A stretch of DNA of 63,908 nucleotides, filler included, from Asterionella formosa (Eukaryota), in assembly GCA_002256025.1 (NCBI GenBank). It is 17 parts of 17 records of this genome, joined end to end, with 100 filler letters (N's around TTAATTAATTAA, not from the genome) between each part and the next. Parts side by side here need not be neighbours in the genome. Positions count along the whole stretch, not along the records: positions 1 to 31,076 come from NKIB01000761.1; positions 31,177 to 33,132 come from NKIB01000770.1; positions 33,233 to 35,188 come from NKIB01000771.1; positions 35,289 to 37,246 come from NKIB01000772.1; 13 more parts are not named here. One strand, given 5' to 3'. The stretch's first letter is position 1. Every line of letters begins with the position of its first letter. The position numbers and the translations under genes are program-made. A model generated the notes under the pieces. It did not search any database, was not told where the DNA came from, and saw nothing but the letters and a program-made list of their open reading frames with translations. Below are positions 24,521-37,246 of this stretch, piece after piece.

Positions 24521-26100
24521 ATGTCTGCTGCTGTTGCCGCTACCCGTCGCGCTGCCTTCAAGGGATCCAAGCACTGGCCTCATACAACCCCGAAACTCGC
24601 TGTAAGTATGATCTCCAGGAGGAAGTTATGGAAAGGCAAGGTAGCTCGTTCCATTCGACAGCAAACTCACCCCGTTCGACCCGTTTCTCTCGAATTACAC
24701 AGAATGCCGTTGAGAATTTCCAGCCTCTCTCAGTTTCTCCTGAGCATGACATGCCCATGGGGTCTTGGTCCTCCGAACAGATCCGCAAAGCAGTAACTGA
24801 CACGGTAATGCTCACATGGGCCCCTGGAAAGGCTCGTCACAACACCCCAATCCTTACGAGGGGCGAAGGTGTTTACCTTTACGACGACAAGGGAAACAAG
24901 TTCCTTGACTGGACATCCCAGGCCGTCTGTTGCAACTTGGGTTACGACCTGCCCAAGGCCGTCATTGACGCTACCATGCAGCAAATGACCACCATGCCCT
25001 TTGTTTATGGCGGACTTGGAATTGCTGAGGTTCGCGCTCGTCTCAGCAGTCTCATCGCAGAGATCCTTCCTGGCGATCTCACTGGTATTGTATTCCCATC
25101 CTCCGGATCAGAGGCAAACGAAGCCGCCATCATGTTGGCACGCCGTTATACTGGAAAGATGAAGGTGATCAATTGGTATCGTAGTTACCATGGCGGAACG
25201 ACCAACTCGCAGTCAGCCACCGGTGACTTCAGACGATGGTTCGGTGGGGACTACGTTCCTGGTTTCGTCAAGGCATTTAATCCTTACCCACTCTTTTGGG
25301 ATTTTGCAGGTGAAAGTGAGGAAGAGAGAACACAGATGGCCCTCAATATGCTCGAGGAACAAATCTTGAATGAAGGACCCGACACAATTGCATTGATCCA
25401 ATTCGAATCGGTGGTCGGGGGTGGTGGAGTAGTCATTCCTCCTGATGGCTACATGCAGGGAGTACGAGCAATGTGTGACAAGTACAACATCTTGATGCAC
25501 TGTGATGAAGTTATGGTTGGTTTCGGGAGAACTGGAAAGCTTTTTGGGTTCCAGAACTACCCTGGTGTTATCCCCGATATCGTTACAGCTGCCAAGGGAC
25601 TCACATCGGCCGCCTTGCCACTCTCGATGATGGCTTGTCGCAAGCATATCATGGACGCATTCGAAGACAAGCCTCTTGGCTGGGGATCCACGTATGCAAG
25701 TCACCCAAGTGCCATGGCTTGTGCATACGAAAATGTCAAGCACATTATCAAACAGGATGTCATTGGACACGTCAACAGATTGGAGCCTGTCTTTGAGAAG
25801 GCTATGAAGACGCTTTCAGAAAACCACCCTTGCATTAAACAATACCGTCACGTGGGAATGTTTGGATGTTTCGACGTCCAAAGCCCCGACGGGTCAAATC
25901 CACAACTCCAACACACTGCAATCGACAAAGCGTTTGTTGAGTACAAGAAAGCCTACACTGCTCAAGGATTGATTGGTCTTCTTCGCCCTCCTCATCTTCA
26001 TATCGCCCCTCCTCTTATTATCTCCGAGGATGAGCTTTTGGAAGGGTTCGACAAAAATGACAAGGCACTTTATACCCTAGATGAAGCACTTGGGTTTTAA
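24521..26100 (+). CDS. Class III PLP-dependent aminotransferase, probably mitochondrial; exons 24521-24601 and 24703-26100
   Basis: SGSEANEAA, SYHG, DEVMVGFGRTG and AAKGLTS (PLP lysine) motifs. A phase-0 GTAAGT..ACAG intron (24602-24702, CTCAC branch site) joins an Arg/Ala-rich presequence (MSAAVAATRRAAFKG) to the long ORF. Confidence 0.9.
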
Positions 26101-27337
26101 CATCATTGTTAAAGAACTGTGAATATAAACGGTGCCCTTCATTCTGTAGAACATAATTTATAGTGGAATTATTCCCCTCTACCACATGGCTACACCATGC
26201 AGCTTTTTGTAGCTGGACAGCCAGCACTAATTTTCTCCCAAAAAACTCAAATATACTTGGAGTTTACACAGAAGCTAGTACAATCATCCATTGATCCAGG
26301 CAGTTATCTGGCTTCAGCACCCGATCTCTTGAATATCTTGTCAATGATCGATTTATAGCCATTGATAATCATTGTTCCATTGTATCGACGAGCCCCAACA
26401 CTCATTGAGCAGTTGAAGAAACCACTGCCTGTAAAGTACAGATTTGAGTAGACTCTGCATACAAATTAGGATACAAGTTTATGTCATTAATGCGCCATCA
26501 ACAAGGGTTCGTTGGAGAATTAAACACAACCATATAGAGCTGACTGTTTGATTTTATCATGAAATATTTTCTTACTTCCTTGACAGTCAGTATTGGCAAG
26601 CAACATGATGGATATTTCTTCCAAAATTTTCTCAATTTGGGTCCCTATGCCAACCGTTGGAGCTCACTTGAAGCTGCCAATGCACATTTTGGTCAGGAAA
26701 TGCAGGCATGTCAGGGAAACCATAGCCATGACAGCTCATGTTTCTCGACTTTTCTGCCAATTGATGATATTATGGTTGATTGGAAGGATTTTAAGATTTT
26801 AAGTATTTAAATTATACACATGTTGTATATCATAGTGTTTTGTACTCCCTCTGTTCAACTATAGTTGCAACACGCTCAGCAACTACCCCGGCTCGATCCA
26901 CGTCCTTCAAAGAAGCCCTCTGTAGAAGCAATATACATTTGGAGACAATTGAGGCTACAGGTACATCGTTTAGATTAGTATATGTAGGCAAGTATGACAA
27001 TAAATAGCGATACATGTGCATCGTTTTGGGCAAGTGAAATGAATTGAATTTCGCTAGCCAGCATAGTGTTCTGCTCTACATGGAGTGGTATGCGATATTC
27101 AAGATCAGCTGACTACAAAGGCAACAAACAAGACTAAAAATGCATTGCTCAACGAGAATATGGCATCACGGCCGCTCGAAACGACAATTGATGGGCAAGT
27201 CTTGGGCCTCAAGGCTAACAACAATTGCTGTTCTTGCGACATTCACCATGTCTCCGGCTAAAATGAAGTGCAGGGCAGCGTAATTGGACTTCTGGAATTC
27301 TCTGTTGTTAACAAATTGACAGACAGTGAAGAGGCTG

Positions 27338-27784
27338 CTATTGGTTCCCCTTCTTTACAGAGGGAGTTATGCTAAGGTGCAGGAGTTGTTGGAAAATTCC
27401 TTGGATGTCTCTGTGCAATGCAAGAGCAAACATGGATGGAGTAGCAACTTTTTCGTTTGCTGACGAAATTTCCAGACTTCCATCGTTTGGCCACTTCAAA
27501 TGTATATCTGGAATTAAATTGTTCATTATATAATTGGCATAAACATTTTTCGTAACATTCAGCAGCTTCATTTCTAGCAGCAACACCCCTGTTTCTGATA
27601 ACCAACCACCGTGATGCAGGAACCTGTTTTACAAATGGCCATATTCCAATTTCGCCATCAAATATCATCTTTCCGGTAGCATTGTATCTTGGTCTTGCCA
27701 CAGCACTTAGAAACATGACTTTTTAAAATGAGACTTGTGCCAAACATTCCTTTCCAGTGGTACCTTGTCTTGAGCTAGATATAT
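27338..27784 (-). mobile_element. Mariner-like (plant DD39D-type) transposase fragment, interrupted by the LINE
   Basis: HFKKVMFLSAVARPRY...FDGEIGIWPF is characteristic of this mariner group. Frameshifted. Confidence 0.75.
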
Positions 27785-30700
27785 GGTAACTAAATTTTTA
27801 AGTACGCGTTATTGAGCCTCGACTAAAGTGTGGAGTTCGTTGGGTCGCACCGGGGCGCGAAGCGCCCGGTTCGATTAGATGGACTTAGACAGGTGAAGAG
27901 GGACGGCGAGGGGTTGCGCAACGGATAAGAAATTTTCGGATTGTGCCCTGGCGGCGTTTGTCTTGACGTCTTTGGGATGTGAGGCGTAGTTGACCTGCAC
28001 GATAGATTGCCAGCCAGGCTGTCAGTGCCAACAGGGAATGAAGTAAGCGTTGAGAGAGAGGAAGGCCAAATATATGTCCTCGTTCATCAGCTGGGACAGA
28101 GATCTGGTTTGAGTAAGCTGTAGTTGTCTGTGTTCGAAGCAATGTGATTCGGTGTGCATTAGTGGCAAGGAGAGTGGCGCCATAGACAAAATCATTGCGA
28201 TTATTCCACTGTTCCATGGCATAGGCGCGTAAGGAGTTGATTAGTTGACTTGTCCAAAGAGAGGATTCATAGCGTTGGTCTGGATGTCTGATGGAGTGAT
28301 AGGTTGTCATGGCATGGGCCCAAGAAACTGATAGATGTCCCCTTAGGAGGTGGTTCCATCCTATAGCTGTTTGTTGGACATATGCCTGATAGGTCGTCCA
28401 AAGAAGAGGGTCGGTTGGGGAGGGATCTGGAAGAGGCCAAAGTGGGGGAATGTCACCATTTTCCCACGATTGGAGACCATGGGTTAGGGCAAGTAGAATA
28501 CTATGGGGAGGAGTGCAAAGTTTGGATTTCAGATGGTCAGAGAGAGTGGTCCAGTAGTTTGCGTCCGTATGACAAGTGTTTGTATGCGCTGGTGGAAGAC
28601 TTGCAGTCAATAGAGTCAGAGATTGACTGCGTCCAGCCGTGTCTTGTTTGGATGTACGTGAATTGTTTAGGCTTATAGTACGCTTTCAGAGTTGTAGGGA
28701 TCATCTGAGAGGTAACTTGAGATCCCTGAAGAAGGAGGGTAGCGGGGACTTGAGGGGAAAGCGGAGTAATGGACCGCTGGGGGCAGCGGAGATAAGCTAA
28801 ATGAGTGAGTCCATCAACTTGGATATTGAGTTTTGCAGGCAGAGTTAAGGCTTCATAGGGTTTGCTGTCATCTTGATGGCTTTTGATGTGAACCGCCTGG
28901 AGATCGACCGGGATAGATGACAGAACCTTTGTGGCTGAGTGGATAAGTTCCCAGTCGGGGTGGAGACTGTGGCGAATTGAGTGTTGATGGTGGTGAGACA
29001 GACGCTTGACCAGGGCCTGGTTGTCGATGTGAGCTCTAGCGGTGAAAGGAGTAAGGGGATCTAGAAGATCATGGTATGTAAGAAGAGTACGAAGAGCAAG
29101 AACTGCACCAAGATAGCCGCAGCACTCTGTCCGGAAGGAAGAAAGAGGAGTGGCGGTGAAGGTGGTGGTGGTGTTGTAGCCAGAGAGTTGGGTGCCACTC
29201 GAGCGGCCATGAATAACCCATGCGAAAGAGCCATGGGGAGAGCGGACTGATCCATCAGTGGCAACTTCAAAATTATTGGTTTTGATATCTTGGAGGAGTG
29301 GTAGAATATCGGGCGGGAAGGTAACCTGGCCGATATAATAATTGTCATAAGAAGAAAGAGATGAAAGGTAGGTGGAGAAGGTTGGTGGGAGAGGTGATTC
29401 AGGGAGAAAGGAGGGGAGAATTCGAATAGGTTGGGATATCGTTTGCGGGAAGGGGAGCCAGGAAGAGACCGAAATTGGAATGGCGGAAGAGGGAAGAGTG
29501 GAGGTAAGTTGATTTGGAGTTGGTGTGAAGCGGAGCCGATTATTCCGACGATAAGGGGAGAAGAGGGAAGGATCAGAGGGGAGGCGACAATAGAAGGTAG
29601 AAGATGATGGATGCAAATATGTCGGCCAGTGTTGGTGAGAGGGTCCAGTGGAAAGCCATTTGAGAAGACAGCTTTGAGGGCGAAGGTGAGGGGAGCGAGA
29701 TTTGATGGTGAAGAGGTGTGAAAGTACTAGGCGTCTCCAAATTGTCCAGCTGCTGGGGCCAGGGCGGGTTTGTTTGGGCCAGGAGAGATTGGAGACTCTA
29801 TTGTTATTGTATCTGTTCCAAAAGTCCTTATCAATGGTGTTGCCTGTACTGTCGACAATGTCGGACAGAGTGAGCACCTGCAGATACAGACGACATCTAT
29901 TGAATTTGATGATGTCTGAGGCAGTGATAGAAAAAGTGGCTACCAATAAAATTAATCTAGGCATGAGATGACAATCATTCTGCCTCTCAAGGGGAAGGAT
30001 CCAGGGATCAGAGAGAGTAAGGAGGGCAGAGGTTTCATCCATAAGATCCCAAGTGGTGGTAAGCCAAGAAGGTTCAATATATTGTGTAATAGAAGAGTAG
30101 TAGGGGTAAGTGAGAGGAAGGAGTGGAAAGCCAAGGTGGATTTGAAGGGTATCCAGCGTGATTCGGAGTAGAACACCGACATTGTCCTCTGCATTCAGAT
30201 GGCCCAGCAAATAAGTGAGGTGTGTTGTCCCCTGGCTCACCCAAAGTTCCGGAAGGTTGAAACCGCTATAGTGAGAGGAGCCAAAGATCAGCGCTCTTGA
30301 AGTGGTGCTTGCTATTCCCATATGAGATAGAAAAGTGCCAGTGTAGGCTTTTTGAAGGCGGAGACATTGGTCTCTTGTGAAGGAAGTGACTGCTAGGGGA
30401 TACTCTATGGCAGGACGCCACATTGCGCTGAAGGCGGTATAGACTTCTGTACGTGTTAATGGGGATTTTGCAATATTGGTTGCCCATTGTTTGGCCTGGG
30501 TGAGACGAAATTCAAATTCTTGATGGAACGACCCATCAGGAGCAGGTCTTACTCCTAGGGATCGATGGCCCATTGTGCATTCGAGTCGGGGAATGGTGGA
30601 GAGGAGTTGCGAGCGACCTGAGGTCATAGTGATGTGCAGGTGTGCAGTAGAAGCATTGGGTAATAGGGTGGGACAACCGTGCTTATCCCAGTGCCAGTCC

Positions 30701-31076
30701 ATAAGATAATAAAAACATTTCTTTAGAGCGAGAGCTCCCCCACTGGCAAATAGCAAGCGCTCCCAGTGTTGGGCGACCTTTTGCATAGATGCCGTGATTT
30801 CCGAGCTGGATTGTGTATCTGAAGTTAGCCAGAGGTCAGCATCATCTACAAAAGGTTCGCCAGGTGAAGTTAGCCAGAGGTCAGCATCATCTACAAAAGG
30901 TTCGCCAGGTCGGCGAGAGTAAAGAATAAGGCGGGGGTAGTGTGCTTGAAAGCCATCAGTAAGAGTGGTAAGGGCTTGGAAAAGAACATTACTAACACAC
31001 ATCCATATGCAGGGAGCTGCTCCACTTCCTTGCAGGACCCCCAGAATGAGAAGATTGCTAGTGGTTGCAAAGTAAG
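27785..31076 (-). mobile_element. Non-LTR retrotransposon (LINE, RT + RNase H, Ambal-like); 5' end cut by the scaffold end
   Basis: ORF 31002-28537 has RT FVDD, NRCRLYLQV..LSDI and RNase H (ATDGS, SSFRTE, HIDN, NIQVD). Frameshift to ORF 28610-27885 (IGWNHLLRG, W..RN). Short 3' UTR. The clade name is an inference. Confidence 0.85.
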
Positions 31077-31176
31077 NNNNNNNNNNNNNNNNNNNNNNNN
31101 NNNNNNNNNNNNNNNNNNNNTTAATTAATTAANNNNNNNNNNNNNNNNNNNNNNNNNNNNNNNNNNNNNNNNNNNN
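31077..31176. other. Artificial contig linker N44-TTAATTAATTAA-N44 (first of 16)
   Basis: An identical 100-nt spacer with six-frame stops recurs between all ~1.95-kb contigs. Confidence 0.98.
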
Positions 31177-31405
31177 TGAAGAAAGCCACTTGCTTTTGCT
31201 CTCTTGTTGGTATCAAAGATGCGGACAAGTTCAATAGTAACTACAAGTACAGCATACCAAATGCAGAAACAAGCAACATGAAAAAGAAATTGTAATCAGA
31301 ATCATTCTATACCTATAGCTATGTGGACAGTAGTCTGTTACATTTTCGTATCTCCTTCTATGCTGAATCTCAATAGTACATGTAGTATCATATGAGAATT
31401 GAAAA

Positions 31406-33132
31406 TGAAGTGAAAGAGGTAACGATGGAGAAGGACGACGAGGACGAACGAGGAGGAGGAGAGTAGTGTGAGTCGATTAACAAACCTGACAAGCTCAGAA
31501 AGAGTTTGGAAGGGGGTATGTTAAAAGAGTGATTAGATTAGTTTAACCCGACTGGAATAACGAGTCACACGAGTACACAATACTTCATGCGTCAGACAAA
31601 AAGATAGATCAGAAGGACAGACTTGCGATTTATAACATCCCCCCATCTCTCGAAGAAGAAAAAGAAAGAGAAAGAAAATGAATGCAATAGTTGTCAGAGG
31701 ACGGAAGAACATGGATGAGAAAGAGCCCGATGACCAGCATCAATGAAAGAATATCCCATAATGATCATGCAGTGAGCACTGAGAGTAGCAAATGGTAAAG
31801 CTTTGGTGAAGTGGTCCGCATAATTGTGAGCAGATGACACACGGTGAAAAGAGACTCGACCATGGCGAACATGTTCCTGGAGAGGCTGTGTCTTGGTGGC
31901 TATATAACGAACATTGCGAGTGAGTTTACAAGCGTGAGCAATAATTTGTGCAGCTGAGTTATCTTCACCGATAGCAATAGGAGTGTGGTAAGGGAGAGAC
32001 ATGTCTTCCATATAAATTCGTAGCCAGAGCACATGTTTAGATAATGTAGTAGCAGCATCTAGTTCAGCTTCTGTTTTATTGTAAGCAGTGGTACTTTGTT
32101 CGCGACACAATGTAATAACAGCTGTACCATTGATCATGACTACTCCGCCAGAATAGGCAAGACGGTCAAAAACCGCCCCTCCAAAGTTTGCATCGGCAAA
32201 TCCCTTGGTGATCGGGGCTAAACCTTGACAGGTTTTCACACCCGAAAATTGCTTCTGTTCCCGCAGAAGGTGAGGCAAGGTGATTGCATTAACATGATGA
32301 GTTTCAATCACTCCACTAGTTGTCAGCTTACTAGGAATGTGCCAAAATGTTTGCTCTTTGTCAAACTGATGAGCTTCGACACTAATTACAGTGGGTTCGC
32401 CTAACCACGGAGCTGCTTGGCTGATGTGGGCAATAGAAATAACTGAACCACGTGGTATGTTTCGATTAAAAGTGAGAGGAAGGTCAGGATAGCGACGAAG
32501 ATATTTGGCAATTTGAAGGAGTCCCTCAAAGTGTAACATGCCAGGAGCATTTTGATATTGAGCAAGATGTTGAACTGCAGTTTGAATATCCAATCTAGTC
32601 CATTGACAGAGATGTTGAAGCTGCCCCAACAGTGTGCGATATTCAGATCCATATCTTTTGATGGCTGTTTTCATCTCGAAGCTGGAATATGGTACACAAC
32701 TTGCCAAGGCTTCCTCGTGCTGTATTCCAGCAAGCATAGGGACTATATTTGCAATGGAGAATGCTTCCTTATTCCATGTGGTACCGTAGACATATGTTAA
32801 TATCTCTGAAACCATATGGGTTTGATCAATAGTCATACAATTGGGGCTAAAGAGGAACCGCAGACCAAAAAATGTGAGACAATTCCCAAGTTATGAACCT
32901 TCCAGTGAGATTCTAAGGTGGCAACAATGTGCTTGTACGTAGTGACAGAATGTGTTCCAATGAGGATATCATCAGTAGCTCTGGCTATAATGACATGGTG
33001 AGTATTAATAATTCCTTGATAAATGCATTGATCTGCTCGATTCATTACTAGTCCAAGTTCCCCACATATGACTTTGTCAATATGGTCTCCCCATTCACGG
33101 GATGCATCTTTGCGACCTTGAACATGTGCAAA
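31406..33132 (-). mobile_element. Ty1/Copia 3' part: RT-RNase H, PPT and 3' LTR (31406-31637)
   Basis: 380-aa ORF with GFADANFGG, EAELDAA, IGEDNSAA, NYADHFTKAL. PPT, then an LTR reading TGTTATAAATC...CTTCA on the minus strand. Confidence 0.9.
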
Positions 33133-33461
33133 NNNNNNNNNNNNNNNNNNNNNNNNNNNNNNNNNNNNNNNNNNNNTTAATTAATTAANNNNNNNNNNNN
33201 NNNNNNNNNNNNNNNNNNNNNNNNNNNNNNNNTGAAGAAAGCCACTTGCTTTTGCTCTCTTGTTGGTATCAAAGATGCGGACAAGTTCAATAGTAACTAC
33301 AAGTACAGCATACCAAATGCAGAAACAAGCAACATGAAAAAGAAATTGTAATCAGAATCATTCTATACCTATAGCTATGTGGACAGTAGTCTGTTACATT
33401 TTCGTATCTCCTTCTATGCTGAATCTCAATAGTACATGTAGTATCATATGAGAATTGAAAA

Positions 33462-35188
33462 TGAAGTGAAAGAGGTAACGATGGAGAAGGACGACGAGGA
33501 CGAACGAGGAGGAGGAGAGTAGTGTGAGTCGATTAACAAACCTGACAAGCTCAAAAAGAGTTTGGAAGGGGGTATGTTAAAAGAGTGATTAGATTAGTTT
33601 AACCCGACTGGAATAACGAGTCACACGAGTACACAATACTTCATGCGTCAGACAAAAAGATAGATCAGAAGGACAGACTTGCGATTTATAACATCCCCCC
33701 GTCTCTCGAAGAAGAAAAAGAAAGAGAAAGAAAATGAATGCAATAGTTGTCAGAGGACGGAAGAACATGGATGAGAAAGAGCCCGATGACCAGCATCAAT
33801 GAAAGAATATCCCATAATGATCATGCAGTGAGCACTGAGAGTAGCAAATGGTAAAGCTTTGGTGAAGTGGTCCGCATAATTGTGAGCAGATGACACACGG
33901 TGAAAAGAGACTCGACCATGGCGAACATGTTCCTGGAGAGGCTGTGTCTTGGTGGCTATATAACGAACATTGCGAGTGAGTTTACGAGCGTGAGCAATAA
34001 TTTGTGCAGCTGAGTTATCTTCACCGATATCAATAGGAGTGTGGTAAGGGAGAGACATGTCTTCCATATAAATTCGTAGCCAGAGCACATGTTTAGATAA
34101 TGTAGTAGCAGCATCTAGTTCAGCTTCTGTTTTATTGTAAGCAGTGGTACTTTGTTCGCGACACAATGTAATAACAGCTGTACCATTGATCATGACTACT
34201 CCGCCAGAATAGGCAAGACGGTCAAAAACCGCCCCTCCAAAGTTTGCATCGGCAAATCCCTTGGTGATCGGGGCTAAACCTTGACAGGTTTTCACACCCG
34301 AAAAATGCTTCTGTTCCCGCAGAAGGTGAGGCAAGGTGATTGCATTAACATGATGAGTTTCAATCACTCCACTAGTTGTCAGCTTACTAGGAATGTGCCA
34401 AAATGTTTGCTCTTTGTCAAACTGATGAGCTTCGACACTAATTACAGTGGGTTCGCCTAACCACGGAGCTGCTTGGCTGATGTGGGCAATAGAAATAACT
34501 GAACCACGTGGTATGTTTCGATTAAAAGTGAGAGGAAGGTCAGGATAGCGACGAAGATATTTGGCAATTGGAAGGAGTCCCTCAAAGTGTAACATGCCAG
34601 GAGCATTTTGATATTGAGCAAGATGTTGAACTGCAGTTTGAATATCCAATCTAGTCCATTGACAGAGATGTTGAAGCTGCCCCAACAGTGTGCGATATTC
34701 AGATCCATATCTTTTGATGGCTGTTTTCATCTCGAAGCTGGAATATGGTACACAACTTGCCAAGGCTTCCTCGTGCTGTATTCCAGCAAGCATAGGGACT
34801 ATATTTGCAATGGAGAATGCTTCCTTATTCCATGTGGTACCGTAGACATATGTTAATATCTCTGAAACCATATGGGTTTGATCAATAGTCATACAATTGG
34901 GGCTAAAGAGGAACCGCAGACCAAAAAATGTGAGACAATTCCCAAGTTATGAACCTTCCAGTGAGATTCTAAGGTGGCAACAATGTGCTTGTACGTAGTG
35001 ACAGAATGTGTTCCAATGAGGATATCATCAGTAGCTCTGGCTATAATGACATGGTGAGTATTAATAATTCCTTGATAAATGCATTGATCTGCTCGATTCA
35101 TTACTAGTCCAAGTTCCCCACATATGACTTTGTCAATATGGTCTCCCCATTCACGGGATGCATCTTTGCGACCTTGAACATGTGCAAA
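33462..35188 (-). mobile_element. Near-identical duplicate of the 31406-33132 Copia fragment (LTR 33462-33693)
   Basis: Contig 33233-35188 repeats 31177-33132 end to end, including the flank, with a few SNPs. Confidence 0.92.
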
Positions 35189-35505
35189 NNNNNNNNNNNN
35201 NNNNNNNNNNNNNNNNNNNNNNNNNNNNNNNNTTAATTAATTAANNNNNNNNNNNNNNNNNNNNNNNNNNNNNNNNNNNNNNNNNNNNTACCGTAAAACC
35301 TGGTGTCTCGTATCCCCCCAGATACCTGTACCCCCCTTTGTACATCTGGCGCAACACTCCCAAATATTTCCTGTGTACAGAAAAAATAACACAACATAAA
35401 CGTATTCTATTTATTAGTATGTATTTTCGTATATTACCGGTACCCTACTGTTTCCGGTAAAGTATCATCACCTGTAAAATATCGTCACATATACCGGTTG
35501 GCAAC

Positions 35506-35898
35506 ATGATAATTGCGGACGACATTCGTGATGGCGAAATCCTTGGCCTCAGAGGTACCACCAATGGAAGAAGCTGTGAGCAGCATGCCTGCTGTGGGGC
35601 AATTGTGAGGCCGAATGATTGTGTTCGGTTCAAGGCAGCAGTGGTCCCGATTGATGGAGTTGATCAGGCAGGTATCAAGGCTGTTCTGATCCTTGATGGG
35701 ACGGAACTTTGCACGGTTGGTTTCCTTGGCAAGAATATTGCAGCTTTGAAGAAAACAAGTGACAAGTTTGTCAACAAGTTTGCTCAAGTTATTGAACTCT
35801 ATGACTCTAGTGAAAATGCTGCCAAAAGGGCAAAAAGCCACAATAACCTTGGAGTTTGTTCATTCCGGCTTCTTGAGGACATCCAGATTCAGGAATAG
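35506..35898 (+). CDS. 130-aa Cys/His-motif protein with HIRAN-like features, inside the transposon
   Basis: Intact ORF with GRSCEQHACCG, then VRPNDCVRF...AGIKAV...VGFLGK resembling HIRAN strands. The fold call is an inference. Confidence 0.7.
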   Translation: MIIADDIRDGEILGLRGTTNGRSCEQHACCGAIVRPNDCVRFKAAVVPIDGVDQAGIKAVLILDGTELCTVGFLGKNIAALKKTSDKFVNKFAQVIELYDSSENAAKRAKSHNNLGVCSFRLLEDIQIQE

Positions 35899-36137
35899 AT
35901 GTTATGAAAACTGGACAAGCCTTTGAATACTTCAACCAATCTACACTAGAATGTTAATAATAGTATTAGAAATTAGCATTTTCAGCATTAGAATCACTCC
36001 GTTTTGGGTTTTTTGTAGTCATCAGCTTAATTTATTTGCCTATTAGGAAATGCCATCCTGAATCTAATTGACGATAATGATTGTTTCACTAAAACTAAAT
36101 GTTAAAATAGATAATCAAATAATCCAATCCTTATTGA

Positions 36138-37246
36138 CTAGTTAACAGCAGCAAAGCCCTCATATCCAATGCTCTTCCAGGTATTGGTGATTGTTTGAAT
36201 TGAGACTCTAGCCCATGCCATCTCTACCCATTGTGCAATGTGGTGCCTTTGCACCTTGGGATTATCTACATTGGCAACCATGTAGTCTTCCCAATATCCT
36301 CTCATGTAGTCCTTGAAGGGCTTATTAACTCCTACATCCAACACTTGAAGTCTAGATGTGTAGCCTGGGAGGACGAAATCAACCTCAGTGCCGCAATTTT
36401 TAATTGCATCAACACAACGTCCTACCTTGTGGACAGTAAAATCATCCATAAGAAGGTGAGTAGGCTCACCGCCTTTTCCCAACGCAAATGGTTGCCAAAC
36501 TTTTTCGATCCATTGTAAAAATATGTCTGTATCAACCCAAGCTTTGGGTTGACAAGCGTATTTAATACTGACCGGAAAAAGTTGTTGATTGTTGTCTAGT
36601 AATCCCAATTGGTGCCTGGAAATACGTCTATCCCTTGTTCCTGTAAATACAATGAATGGTGGCAACTTCTCACCACTCATTGTCACCCCTAACAACACAG
36701 TGCAACGGTTCGAATTTCCTGTTGTTCGAAGCCCAATGGTCCTTTCGCCTCGGGTTGCCAAAGTCTTTGATCCAAACATGTCAAAATTGATGTTTGTCTC
36801 ATCAATATTGACAATGTTTCCAGCAGGAAATTCGAACGCAGCAATTTGATTGTTGACGTAGGAAACAAAATCTTGAATTGTCTCCTGATCCAGCCTTGTA
36901 TTTTGGGCGACACGAGTCACACGCCTAATGACAATGTCCTTACGGGCAAGCCAGCGCTTGATCCATTTTTCAAGTGCCTTCAGCGACACATTTTCGTTCC
37001 CAGGTTGCCTCTTAAGCTCAACACTGAGCATCCTGGTGGTGCAGGCCCTATCTTGAAGCCGCAACTGGTCGAAAAGAGTCTTCAATCCTTCGAAATCAGC
37101 AGCACTTTTTGGAGAGCGGCCCGGGTGAGCGATTTTTTTCATCAACACCTGCCTCTGAATCACACCTTCTTCCTGCAGAGGAATCTCCGCCACCTCCACC
37201 GGAACCACAACCATTGCACCATCCAGCATGGACTTCCAGCTCCGGA
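36138..37246 (-). CDS. pogo-like transposase (CENP-B HTH + DDE_1, DD35D), 5' partial
   Basis: Uninterrupted ORF with WIKRWLAR, NIDET, LLMDDF-x35-D (QVLDVGVNKPFK), ITNTW. Confidence 0.9.

Larger units (their letters stand above)
35289..37246 (-). mobile_element. pogo-superfamily DNA transposon (one terminus plus two genes)
   Basis: Contig begins TA|CCGTAAAACC (TA target plus a CCGTA-type TIR start). Contains a DD35D transposase and a convergent small ORF. Confidence 0.75.

Noticed and set aside
24421..24702. ORF-track N-terminus of the aminotransferase
   Set aside because: Reads through 5' UTR and intron; the spliced start at 24521 fits better.
31177..35188. Tandem duplication of a Copia
   Set aside because: Same flank and boundaries across a linker; most likely two alleles of one insertion.
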